Below are positions 36,719 through 45,802 of a stretch of 64,000 nucleotides of DNA, in pieces. Origin of the DNA: an uncultured Actinomycetes bacterium (GTDB taxonomy: Bacteria > Actinomycetota > Acidimicrobiia > Acidimicrobiales > JACCXE01); contig CAVYNR010000005.1 of the NCBI GenBank assembly GCA_963769985.1, forward strand, positions 313,133-377,132, in the 5' to 3' direction. Under the pieces are notes generated by a model, which did not search any database, had not been told where the DNA came from, and saw only the letters and a list, made by a program, of their open reading frames with translations. Both the position numbers and the translations under genes were made by a program. Within the stretch, counting starts at the first letter, position 1; each line of letters opens with the position of its first letter.

Positions 36719-38233
36719 ATGCGTCACCCCCTTTACTTCGTGCTGTGTGGCGCGCTCGCGGCCGGTGGCCTCGCGGCGTGCAGCACGTCCACGCCCACGA
36801 TCGCGCTCGGCCTCAACCCCGGCGGGTGTGACGCTCCGGTGATCAACGTGCCGACGGGCAAGATCAAGCTGGTCGTCACCAATACGGGCAACGGTGGTGA
36901 GTTCGAAATCATCGACGGCGACAACGTGATCGTGAACGAGAACGTCGATCAGGATCAGACGATCACCGTGCCCGTCTCGTTGGAGACCGGCACCTACACC
37001 GTCGAATGCCGCACCGACGACACGACCGCGACCCTCATCGCCGGTACACCCACAGGCAAGGCGGGTGAACCCGGCGCGCCGGCCACCTTCCCCGACGCGC
37101 CCGAGGGTTACGGGACCGCGGACGGCAACTCGTACGACGTCCGCAACCTCGTGGCGAACTCGGCCATCTACGACCCCGATGTGGTCGACCCGTCGATGGT
37201 CAACGCGTGGGGTCTCGCCAATCGCCCGGCCGGCTTGGGCGGCCACATTTGGGTGGCTGCGAGCAATTCCGGTCAGTCGATCGAATACGTCGGCGACATC
37301 GGCGACACGCCGCTGTATCAGGACGAGTTGCGCAGCATCTCGATTCCCGGCGCGCCTGGTCCCAAGGGTTCGCCCGCGGCGGCGCGCGCGATCGGTACGC
37401 CCACGGGCGTCGTGTTCAACGGAGCGCCCGACCGGTTTGTGATCACCCAAGGCGGCATCACCGGTCCGGCGAAGTTCATCTTCGTCGGCACCGAGGGAAC
37501 CGTCTCCGCGTGGACCGAACGGAAGAACGCGGACGGCAGCAGCGACCGCGCGTCGTACGCGTCGTTGATGGCCGACCGCGGCGAGAAGGGCTCGGCGTAC
37601 TTCGGTCTCGCGGTCGCGCCGAGCGGCGACAAGTTGTTGGTGGCCGACTTCGGACCGGACCACACCGTTCGCACGTATAACGACAAGTTCGAAGAGGTAG
37701 CGACGCTCGGGTTCGCGAATCCGTTCGTAGAGGCGGGCGCCGCGATCACGCCCGGAGACTTCGTGCCGTGGAACGTCACGACCATCGGTCAGCGCGTGCT
37801 CGTTTCGTATGCGGCCATCGGCGCCGACGAAAGCGATCCGAAGAAGCCCGCTGTCGCCGAAGAGGGTGCCGGGCCGGGTGCCGGTCGCGTTGTCGAGTTT
37901 GATGCGAGCGGCAACTTCGTGAAGACCTTCGTCGACAAGAAGTCGCTGAACGCGCCATGGGGCATCGAGGTTGCGCCGGCGGGCTTCGGCAAGCTCGCCG
38001 GGGCTTTGCTGGTCGCCAACTTCGGCGACGGCACCACCGCAGCGTTCGATGCCCAGACCGGCACCTTCCTCGACTACGTCCGGAGCGACGACGGAACGCC
38101 GGTTGTCATCGACGGCATCTGGGGCCTCTTGAAGGGCAACGGCGCCAGCCTTGGTCGCGCCGACGCCGTCTACTTCTCCGCGGGCCCGCGGGGCGAACAA
38201 GACGGCATCTTCGGCCGCCTCAGCGCTAACTAG
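36719..38233 (+). CDS. Lipoprotein: N-terminal cupredoxin-like domain fused to a TIGR03118-type (predicted beta-propeller) domain
   Basis: Lipobox GLAAC. GGCDAPVINVPTGKIKLVVTNTGNGGEFEI...GTYTVEC, followed by ...VNAWGLANRPAGLGGHIWVAASNSGQSIEY...FVGTEGTVSAW...APWGIEVAPAGFG...LVANFGDGTTAAFD... GGAGG RBS upstream. Confidence 0.65.
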   Translation: MRHPLYFVLCGALAAGGLAACSTSTPTIALGLNPGGCDAPVINVPTGKIKLVVTNTGNGGEFEIIDGDNVIVNENVDQDQTITVPVSLETGTYTVECRTDDTTATLIAGTPTGKAGEPGAPATFPDAPEGYGTADGNSYDVRNLVANSAIYDPDVVDPSMVNAWGLANRPAGLGGHIWVAASNSGQSIEYVGDIGDTPLYQDELRSISIPGAPGPKGSPAAARAIGTPTGVVFNGAPDRFVITQGGITGPAKFIFVGTEGTVSAWTERKNADGSSDRASYASLMADRGEKGSAYFGLAVAPSGDKLLVADFGPDHTVRTYNDKFEEVATLGFANPFVEAGAAITPGDFVPWNVTTIGQRVLVSYAAIGADESDPKKPAVAEEGAGPGAGRVVEFDASGNFVKTFVDKKSLNAPWGIEVAPAGFGKLAGALLVANFGDGTTAAFDAQTGTFLDYVRSDDGTPVVIDGIWGLLKGNGASLGRADAVYFSAGPRGEQDGIFGRLSAN

Positions 38234-39335
38234 CGGCGGGGATCGAGATCGCGGTGCGCGTACCTGCGGGGCGCACCGGGTCGCACGACACCGCGCCACC
38301 GTGCGCTTCGGCCACACGTCGAACCAGCGACAACCCCAGCCCGAGACCGCCGAAGGTGCGCGTGTCGGAGGAGTCCATCTGCATGAACTCCTCGAAGGCC
38401 ATCTCGCGTTCGAACGGGCTCATGCCCACGCCTTCGTCGCGGATGGCGAACTCGACGCCGGGTTGACCCGCACAGTCGACGCGTCGAGCGGCGAGGTGGA
38501 TGCCGCCACCTCCGGGCGAGAACTTCGCGGCATTGTCGATGAGCTCGTCGATGGCCATCGAAAGCCACTTGGTATCGGCGAGCACCAGCGCGTGCGCGCT
38601 CGAGGCGTCGACCACGAACTGATGTGACGCGTCGAGTTGTTTGCTCCAGCGGTCCTGGGCGGACTCGAGCAAGGTCCAGGCGTCGACCGGCACGGCGTCA
38701 AGCGCGAACTCGCCGCACGCGCACGACGCAGTGAATTCGAGGATCTCCACGATGCGCTGCAGGCGGCACCCGGACGCGACGATCTCGCGAGCGAGTTCGC
38801 GTACTTGTTCGGGCCGCATCGGGCGCCGCTCGAGTAGGTGCCCGTAGCCCAAGATGGCGGTGAGCGGGGAACGGAACTCATGGTTCACCCGCGACATGAA
38901 CTCACTCTTGATTCTCTCGGTCGCCAGGCCGCGGTGTAAGTCGGCTAGGTGCGAGGGCGGGATGAAGGCCTTGCCGGCGTGAACGACGCGGACGGCGGTC
39001 ACCAGCTCGTGGGTTGCCTTGTCCTTGGTCAGAAAGCCCGAGCAACCCGCTTGGACGGCGACCGTCGCGACGCCGTCGTCGGGAAGGCCCGTCAGAAGCA
39101 AAAGGCGCGTGCCTGGGCTCACCGAGCGAATGCGAACGGACGTCTCGATGCCGTCGGCGTCGGGCAGCGCGTAGTCGACGATCGTCACATCAGGTTGTGC
39201 GGCGCACGCCAGCACCACCGCATCGGCGGACGTGGCGCTCGTCCCCACAATCTCGATGTCGGCTTCGCGCTCAAGCCGTCGGGCGATGCTCTCCGCGAAC
39301 ATCTCGTGGTCATCCACGATCTGGACCCGAATCAT
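38226..39335 (-). CDS. Hybrid protein: NarL-type receiver (REC) + HisKA + HATPase_c histidine kinase
   Basis: MIRVQIVDDHEMF...DVTIVDYALPDADG...GCSGFLTKD (REC), the H-box SRVNHEFRSPLTAILGY, and IDNAAKF...RDEGVGM...GGLGLGLS (N, G1, G2 boxes). Confidence 0.85.
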   Translation of the reverse strand: MIRVQIVDDHEMFAESIARRLEREADIEIVGTSATSADAVVLACAAQPDVTIVDYALPDADGIETSVRIRSVSPGTRLLLLTGLPDDGVATVAVQAGCSGFLTKDKATHELVTAVRVVHAGKAFIPPSHLADLHRGLATERIKSEFMSRVNHEFRSPLTAILGYGHLLERRPMRPEQVRELAREIVASGCRLQRIVEILEFTASCACGEFALDAVPVDAWTLLESAQDRWSKQLDASHQFVVDASSAHALVLADTKWLSMAIDELIDNAAKFSPGGGGIHLAARRVDCAGQPGVEFAIRDEGVGMSPFEREMAFEEFMQMDSSDTRTFGGLGLGLSLVRRVAEAHGGAVSCDPVRPAGTRTAISIPAAS

Positions 39336-39541
39336 GAGGTTCGTAACTCGGCGACCAGCGAAAGGGCTTGGCGCGCCGCGTCGCCGATGGCGGCGACGTC
39401 GCGTAGTGGTCGCGTCAACGCGGCCGCGTCCGGTGGCGTTGCACTCGCGCGCAGGTCTTCGTCGACAAACTCCGCGTAGCTCGCAATGGCCGCGAGGACA
39501 TTGGTTAGATCGTGAGCAAGCTCACCGGTCGTGCGGGACAC
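39332..39541 (-). CDS. 69-aa stand-alone DHp (HisKA-like dimerisation/phospho-His) mini-protein
   Basis: The H-box-like GELAHDLTNVLAAIASYAEFV is followed by a second helix ...AAIGDAARQALSLVAELR. ATGA overlap with the REC-HK gene. Confidence 0.55.
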   Translation of the reverse strand: MSRTTGELAHDLTNVLAAIASYAEFVDEDLRASATPPDAAALTRPLRDVAAIGDAARQALSLVAELRTS

Positions 39542-39590
39542 ACCGATCTACATCGGCTGATCACGAGCGGAACTGAGTCCCGCGGCAGTG

Positions 39591-40997
39591 CTAGCGCTCG
39601 CCGCGACGACGGTCGTTACCGCCGTTGCGCGCGACGCCACCGACGCGTCCCGGAGCGCCGCCCTTGCGGTGCGGCTTCTTGGCGCTGGCGGGCTTGGGCG
39701 TGGGGTGTGCCTTGCGCGGATGACCGGTGCCCTTCGGGCGATCGGCACCCCACGTGCGTTGCGTGTGGGGCTTGCCGCGACCGGCCGGCTTCGGGCGGTT
39801 GCGATCGCTGGTGCCCTCGGAGCGGGGTGCTTGCGGCGCGGCGACGAACATCTTGGGCTCGTCGTTGAGGCTCGAGATGTCGGCGCGGTCCACGGACGGT
39901 GCGATACCGAGTCGGCGCTGCATCTGCAGCGACAGCTTCACCTGTTCGGGCGTGAGGATCGACACCACGACACCGGCGGCGCCGGCGCGGCCGGTCCGTC
40001 CGGAACGATGGATGTAGTCCTTTTCGTCCGCCGGCGGATCGAAGTGCACGACGCAGGCGACGGCGTCGACGTGGATGCCGCGAGCGGCGACGTCCGTGGC
40101 CACGAGGCACTGCACCTTGCTCTGCGTAAACGCGCGTAGTGAGCGCTCGCGCTGGGCTTGTGACTTGTCGCCGTGGATCGCCGACGCGGACACGCCGAGC
40201 TTGCTGAGTTGTTCGGTCAGGCGGTCGGCGCCGTGCTTGGTGCGACAGAACACGATCGCCGGCCATTCGGCGTGGACGATTGACGCGACGAGGGGTACGC
40301 GGGTGTTGCGGTCGGTCTTCCAGAAGATGTGGCGGCTTTGCGGGGCGTCCTCGTCGGACTCGACTTCGTGGCGCACCGGGTTGTCCTGGTAGCGCTGGAT
40401 GAGCGTGTTGATGTCGCCGTCGAGGGTGGCCGAGAACAAGAGCGTCTGGCGGTCGTCGCGCACGAGGTCGAGCAGGCGACGGACTTCGGGGAGGAAGCCC
40501 ATGTCGGCCATGCGGTCGGCCTCGTCGATGACAACGAAGCTCACGTCGTCAAGACGCACTTCGTTGCGCGCCACGAGGTCCTTCAGCCGACCGGGGCAGG
40601 CCACGAGGATGTCGACGCCGCGCCGCAGCGAACGCAGCTGGTCGCCGTAGCCGACGCCGCCGTAAACGGTGGAGATGCGCGCCCGCGGCCCGGCGAGGTG
40701 TTGCAGTTCTTCGGCCACTTGGTTGGCCAGTTCACGGGTAGGTACCAGCACGAGCCCGCGGGGCTGGCGCGGCGAGGCCTTGCCGCCCACGCTGCACACG
40801 AGCGGGATACCAAAGGCGATGGTCTTGCCCGAGCCGGTGGGGGCGCGGCCACACACGTCGCGTCCGGCGAGCGCATCGGCGATCGTCGCCGCCTGAATGG
40901 GGAAGGGTTCGACGATGCCGCGAGCGGTGAGTCGAGTTACGACGTCCGAACGGACGCCGAGGTCGGTGAAGCTAGGCATGGAAAACACTGCTTTCAA
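39591..40997 (-). CDS. DEAD-box ATP-dependent RNA helicase with an Arg/Gly/Lys-rich C-terminal tail
   Basis: Q motif PFPIQ, APTGSGKT, VIDEADRM, SAT, HRSGRTGRAG. Confidence 0.93.
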   Translation of the reverse strand: MKAVFSMPSFTDLGVRSDVVTRLTARGIVEPFPIQAATIADALAGRDVCGRAPTGSGKTIAFGIPLVCSVGGKASPRQPRGLVLVPTRELANQVAEELQHLAGPRARISTVYGGVGYGDQLRSLRRGVDILVACPGRLKDLVARNEVRLDDVSFVVIDEADRMADMGFLPEVRRLLDLVRDDRQTLLFSATLDGDINTLIQRYQDNPVRHEVESDEDAPQSRHIFWKTDRNTRVPLVASIVHAEWPAIVFCRTKHGADRLTEQLSKLGVSASAIHGDKSQAQRERSLRAFTQSKVQCLVATDVAARGIHVDAVACVVHFDPPADEKDYIHRSGRTGRAGAAGVVVSILTPEQVKLSLQMQRRLGIAPSVDRADISSLNDEPKMFVAAPQAPRSEGTSDRNRPKPAGRGKPHTQRTWGADRPKGTGHPRKAHPTPKPASAKKPHRKGGAPGRVGGVARNGGNDRRRGER

Positions 40998-41107
40998 AGG
41001 TGAAGGGGATGGACCGTCACCAACGAAATTGCAGGCACCGACCCGTCGCGACGAACGCGACCCGACCAGTGTACGACGAAATCAGCCCGTCCTATGCATT
41101 AGTGGGG

Positions 41108-42454
41108 CTACAGCGGTTCGAGGCAGCTGCTACCGGAGAGTCGTTCGATGTCCACCGACGACGCGAGTTGGTCCTGCCCGATGTCGCCGAGATGGAGCTT
41201 GTCGCCGGCGTCGAAGGGCGCCGCGAGCGAGAACGGCTTGTTGGCCTTTGTGACCGACCCGGCGAAGTCGAAGACGCCGTCGAATACCGACGGACCGGTG
41301 CGGCGGATCCACTTGTTGACGGCTTCGCGGGTCTGCAGCACGCGCTTGGTGGCGAAGCCCTTGTAGCCCGCCGGCGTGATCGTGGTGACAAAGACGCGGA
41401 GACCCAACTTGTGCGCCTCGTCGGCGAAGCGGCGCAGACCGGAGATCATGGAAGCGGTGGTGCGCAGCGGTGACTTGAAGTAAATGTCGTTGGTGCCCGC
41501 GTGCAAGATCACGTCGCTGACACCCGCGTGGGCCGCGACATCCCACGGCAAACGCGACGTGGCGCTCTCGCCACGCAAGTAGGGCGTGTCGGTCATGAGG
41601 CGGTTCGCGGAGATCCCCGCGTTCAGCACCGTCATTTGTCGCCCCGGCGCGGCTGCGTTGAGGCGTCGCTGCAGGGCGTCGGGCCAGCGGCTCAACGTGT
41701 CGGTGCTGGTCATGGCGCCGTCGGTTATCGAATCGCCCACGGCCATGACCGCGTTCATGCGCACCGGTGTAAGCACCTCGACGCCGTCGAGATAGAAGGC
41801 CGAGGTCGTCGTCGCGGTGAACGGCCACGCGCCAGGGGTTCCGGCGTAGTCGGCCACGTCCGACACATAGGACGTGGACCGCGTGTCGATGTGGCGCGTG
41901 ACCGGACCCGCGGCGTCGATGAGATACATGCTCACGGCCAGCGTTTGATCGGGTCGCACGTCGAAGGTGACGGGGTCGCTGGTGGCCGATCGACCGGCGG
42001 GCACGCTGGCTGACCGGCGGCCACCGAAGCGCACATCGCGGATCGTCGCGCCCACCACCGCCGACCCGACTTCTTGCACGGCGACGGTCATGCCTCCGAT
42101 GCGCAGTGCCTGATCGCCGTAGCGATTCGACACGTGCAGTCGCACGGCGGTGCCCGACGCGGCCGGGCGCACCATCATGCGCAGCGTGCGCCCGCTCAGT
42201 GGTCGGACCGACGCATCCTCGGCGACGGTGGTCTGGCCAACCAGTCCTTCGAGGCGGGCGCTGTACTTCACCGGCGAGGCGTGCCACGCCGCCACCCAGC
42301 TCGGTCCGCACTTCGACGACGACACCGCGGCAACCGCGGCGCTCGGCGCCTGGCTCAACACCGCGCCGACGATCGCGGCAGCGGTGACGGCGCGCGTGTA
42401 CACACGCCACGCGGTACGCGTTATGCGACTGTTCCCCAACAGAACGTTCAACAC
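41108..42454 (-). CDS. Secreted SGNH/GDSL-family hydrolase with an N-terminal beta-rich domain
   Basis: Signal peptide, then block I VMAVGDSITDG and ...ILHAGTNDI... Confidence 0.8.
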   Translation of the reverse strand: MLNVLLGNSRITRTAWRVYTRAVTAAAIVGAVLSQAPSAAVAAVSSSKCGPSWVAAWHASPVKYSARLEGLVGQTTVAEDASVRPLSGRTLRMMVRPAASGTAVRLHVSNRYGDQALRIGGMTVAVQEVGSAVVGATIRDVRFGGRRSASVPAGRSATSDPVTFDVRPDQTLAVSMYLIDAAGPVTRHIDTRSTSYVSDVADYAGTPGAWPFTATTTSAFYLDGVEVLTPVRMNAVMAVGDSITDGAMTSTDTLSRWPDALQRRLNAAAPGRQMTVLNAGISANRLMTDTPYLRGESATSRLPWDVAAHAGVSDVILHAGTNDIYFKSPLRTTASMISGLRRFADEAHKLGLRVFVTTITPAGYKGFATKRVLQTREAVNKWIRRTGPSVFDGVFDFAGSVTKANKPFSLAAPFDAGDKLHLGDIGQDQLASSVDIERLSGSSCLEPL

Positions 42455-42571
42455 CCAGCCTTGCTTGTAGGGCCCCAGCCCCCAACGCCGCTCATCATAA
42501 CGGGCGGTTTAGGCAACTTCGGGTTTGGGTGATCTGGCCGCCTGTCACACCCTTCCCGTACCTTCCACGGC

Positions 42572-43057
42572 ATGCTTACCCCGGCTTCTTCGCGCCCCGA
42601 TGTCCCCGCGGCCTACGGGGTCGTGCCGGCCGATGAAGGCGCGGGACTGCTCGACTGGTCGTGGGCCGATGAGCGATTGCAAGGCCGCTACATCTGGTGG
42701 CTGGCCACCACGCGGCCCGACGGCCGGCCGCACCTCATGCCGGTCTGGGCGGTGTGGGTGGGCGAGGGCGTCGCCTTCTCAACCGGGGGCGACAGCCGCA
42801 AGGCGAAGAACCTGGCGGCCAACCCCTTCGTCACGATCGTGCCCGAGCGGGGCGTCGAGTCGGTCATCGTCGAAGGCGAGGTCGTCACCCTGCCCGAGAA
42901 ACTCACGCCCAGGTTCGTCGCCGCCTACCAGCAGGCCTACGCGATGGACCCGACGGCGATGGGCGAGCCGATCTTCATGGTGAAGCCGACCAAAGTGTTC
43001 GGCTTCATCGACCAAGACGACGGCTACCCGTTATCCGCCACCCGCTGGGTGTTCTAG
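42572..43057 (+). CDS. Pyridoxamine 5'-phosphate oxidase (PPOX) family protein, possibly F420-dependent
   Basis: ...YIWWLATTRPDGRPHLMPVWAVW...FSTGGDSRKAKNLAANP... Confidence 0.75.
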   Translation: MLTPASSRPDVPAAYGVVPADEGAGLLDWSWADERLQGRYIWWLATTRPDGRPHLMPVWAVWVGEGVAFSTGGDSRKAKNLAANPFVTIVPERGVESVIVEGEVVTLPEKLTPRFVAAYQQAYAMDPTAMGEPIFMVKPTKVFGFIDQDDGYPLSATRWVF

Positions 43058-43097
43058 CGGGCAGACTGGGCGCTCCATTTGGGGAAAGGATCACCCG

Positions 43098-44480
43098 TTG
43101 CTTGATCAGCTGCAGCGCTACGCCGAGCACCTCGACCACTACACCGAGTTGCGCCTACACACGAACCACACCAAGACCGTGCAGATGATCGGCGGCAACG
43201 TCGTCACGAACAGCGCGTCGTCGCGCGGCGGCGTATCCGCCCGCACCTACGACGACGGCGCCTTTGGCTTCGCGTCGTTCCCGAGCATGAGCGACGACGC
43301 CATCCCCGGCGCGCTGAAGGCCGCGGGCAGCAACGCCGCGCTGCTGCAGCGTCGCGTCCCGATGGGCAAGGGCGACCTGCCCACGGGTGCGGTGGGCAAA
43401 GGCACGTTCGACTACCGCTCGAAGAAGCCACCGCTCACCGACGCCGAGCAACTCGACGCGGTGCGCGCCGTCGATAACTACATGCGCACCACCTATCCCG
43501 ATCTGGCCAATATCGACGTGAGCATGCAGTACCTCGGGATGGAGAAGGGCTTGGCGACCTCGGCCGGCGCGCTCACCTACAGCTACATCCCGCGCACGAT
43601 CCTGTACGTCGACATCAGCTACCAAGCCGACGATGGCGCGGTCGAACTGTACGAAGTGTTCGGCGGGTTCGGCGATCCGCAAGAGCACCTCTCCGACGTG
43701 TCGAGCTTCTACGCCGAGCTCGACACCCTCTACAAGAGCCTGCGCGACAAGGCGGCGGGCGTGTACGCCAAGCCGGGTGAGCACGACGTGGTCATGGACT
43801 CTCGCCTCGCGGGCATCCTCGCCCACGAAGCCATCGGTCACACCTGCGAGGCCGACTTGGTGCTCGGCGGCTCCGTCGCCGGCGACCACGTGGGCGACAT
43901 GGTGGCGTCGGAAAAGGTCAGTCTCATCGACTACGCCGAGCGCGGGCCCGACGGCAACGGCGGCATCGCCATTCATGTCGACGACGAGGGCGTGCAGTGC
44001 CAAGACGTCACCATCATCGAGAACGGCATATTGAAGACGTTCCTGCACAACAAGGAGACCGCGCGCGAGATGGGCGTGGAACCGACCGGCAACGCGCGGG
44101 CGTATGCGTTCGACGACGAGCCGCTCGTACGCATGCGCAACACCGCGATCGCACCCGGCAACGACACGCTCGAGGAAATGATCGCGGCCGTCGACCACGG
44201 CTACTACCTCATCAATCCGACCAACGGGCAAGCCGACTCCACTAGCGAGTTCATGTTCGGCGTCGGCAAGGGCTACGAGATCGAGGACGGCAAGATCGCC
44301 CGCGCCATTCGCGACACCACCATCTCGGGCGTCGCCTTCGACATGCTCAAGACGGTTACGCACGTGAGCAACGACCTCACGTGGGGCAAGGGCGGCATGT
44401 GCGGCAAGAAGCAGATGATCCCCGTCGGCATGGGCGGGCCCGCCATCAAATGCCGCATCACGATCGGCGGCCGTTCATGA
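43098..44480 (+). CDS. tldD: TldD/PmbA family metallopeptidase, TldD-like subunit
   Basis: Carries GILAHEAIGHTCEAD, the HExxxH zinc site of TldD. TTG start with a GGGGAAAGGA RBS. Confidence 0.8.
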   Translation: MLDQLQRYAEHLDHYTELRLHTNHTKTVQMIGGNVVTNSASSRGGVSARTYDDGAFGFASFPSMSDDAIPGALKAAGSNAALLQRRVPMGKGDLPTGAVGKGTFDYRSKKPPLTDAEQLDAVRAVDNYMRTTYPDLANIDVSMQYLGMEKGLATSAGALTYSYIPRTILYVDISYQADDGAVELYEVFGGFGDPQEHLSDVSSFYAELDTLYKSLRDKAAGVYAKPGEHDVVMDSRLAGILAHEAIGHTCEADLVLGGSVAGDHVGDMVASEKVSLIDYAERGPDGNGGIAIHVDDEGVQCQDVTIIENGILKTFLHNKETAREMGVEPTGNARAYAFDDEPLVRMRNTAIAPGNDTLEEMIAAVDHGYYLINPTNGQADSTSEFMFGVGKGYEIEDGKIARAIRDTTISGVAFDMLKTVTHVSNDLTWGKGGMCGKKQMIPVGMGGPAIKCRITIGGRS

Positions 44481-45802
44481 CTTCGTCATCAAATGCTGGG
44501 GTGCTCGACGCGACCGCCGGCGTCGACGTGGCCGATCGGGCCGTGCAGGCCGCGCTCAACGCGGGCGCCGACGGCGCGCAGGTCGTGCACGTCTATGACG
44601 AGTTGTTCGAAATCACCTACGACAACAACGACATCGGCATGGTCCGCACCACCGTGGGCGACCAGGTGAACCTCACCGTGTTCGTCGACGGCGCGAAGGG
44701 CCAGTCGTCGTTAACGGGTCGGTCGTTCGACCTCATCGACCAGGCCGCGGGTGAAGCGGTCGCGGCCGCGCAAGCCGGCGTGTCCGATCCGGCCAACGCC
44801 GTGGTTGAGGGTGGGCCCACTGGGCTCGTCGAATTGGGCGACCTCGAGCCGCAGCAGGAAGTGATGCTCGACGCGATCGTGCGCTACCAGGCCTACGTCG
44901 CCGAGCGCTACCCGCAGGTCCTGATGCGCGACTCGACGTATCAGTTCACGAACAAGTGGCGGTCCTTCGCCAACAGCGCGGGCCTGCAGCACCAGGAGCG
45001 GCGCGGCAGTTACGCGGGCACGACGATCTTCAGCGCGAAGGACGGCGAGCGGGCGACGTCGTTCAACTACACATCGGCGTCGAGCGTCACTCCGTTCCCC
45101 GAGCTCATCGAGATGGCGACCGTCCGGCGCCTGCTCGACGACACCGTCGCGTCGTTCGATCCCAAACCGGTGCCCGAGACGTTTGTCGGCGACGTGATCT
45201 TCACGCCCGACAGCCTGCCCACGCTTATCAGCACGATCCTGCAGAGCCTGACCGGCTACGAACTCATGAAGGGGACCAGTCCGTATCAGGAAGCGATTGG
45301 CAGCCTCATCGCCGACAGCCGCCTCACCGTTACCAACCGGCCACGCTCACCGCAGTTCCCTCTGGCCTCGTCGTTCGACGGCGACGGCGTGCCGTCGGCC
45401 GACTTGCCGGTCATCACCGCGGGCGTGCTCGACAATCACCTGATCGATTGGTACACGTCGCGCAAGCTCGGCCGGGACATGACCGCCGGGGTGTTCGCGC
45501 TCGACGTCACTCCCGGCGATCAGACCTTCGACGACATCATCGCCAACACCGAGCGCGGCATCGTGCTCGGCCGGTTCTCGGGCGGCCAGCCCAACGCGCA
45601 GCTCGACTTCAGCGGCGTCGCTAAGAACTCCTTCTACGTGGAGAACGGCAAGGTCCAGTTCCCGATCAACGAGACGATGATCGCGGGCAACTTCACCGCG
45701 CTACTCAAGGCGATTCGCGCCATCGGCTCGGAAGCGGTCAACTACGGCGGGTCGTCGTTCCCGGCGCTGGCGGCTTCGGGCGTCACAATCTCCACGAAGT
45801 AG
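44477..45802 (+). CDS. TldD/PmbA family protein, TldE/PmbA-like subunit (no HExxxH seen)
   Basis: ATGA overlap with tldD. Family-typical C-terminus ...GIVLGRFSGGQPN...DFSGVAKNSFYVENGK... Confidence 0.75.
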   Translation: MTSSSNAGVLDATAGVDVADRAVQAALNAGADGAQVVHVYDELFEITYDNNDIGMVRTTVGDQVNLTVFVDGAKGQSSLTGRSFDLIDQAAGEAVAAAQAGVSDPANAVVEGGPTGLVELGDLEPQQEVMLDAIVRYQAYVAERYPQVLMRDSTYQFTNKWRSFANSAGLQHQERRGSYAGTTIFSAKDGERATSFNYTSASSVTPFPELIEMATVRRLLDDTVASFDPKPVPETFVGDVIFTPDSLPTLISTILQSLTGYELMKGTSPYQEAIGSLIADSRLTVTNRPRSPQFPLASSFDGDGVPSADLPVITAGVLDNHLIDWYTSRKLGRDMTAGVFALDVTPGDQTFDDIIANTERGIVLGRFSGGQPNAQLDFSGVAKNSFYVENGKVQFPINETMIAGNFTALLKAIRAIGSEAVNYGGSSFPALAASGVTISTK

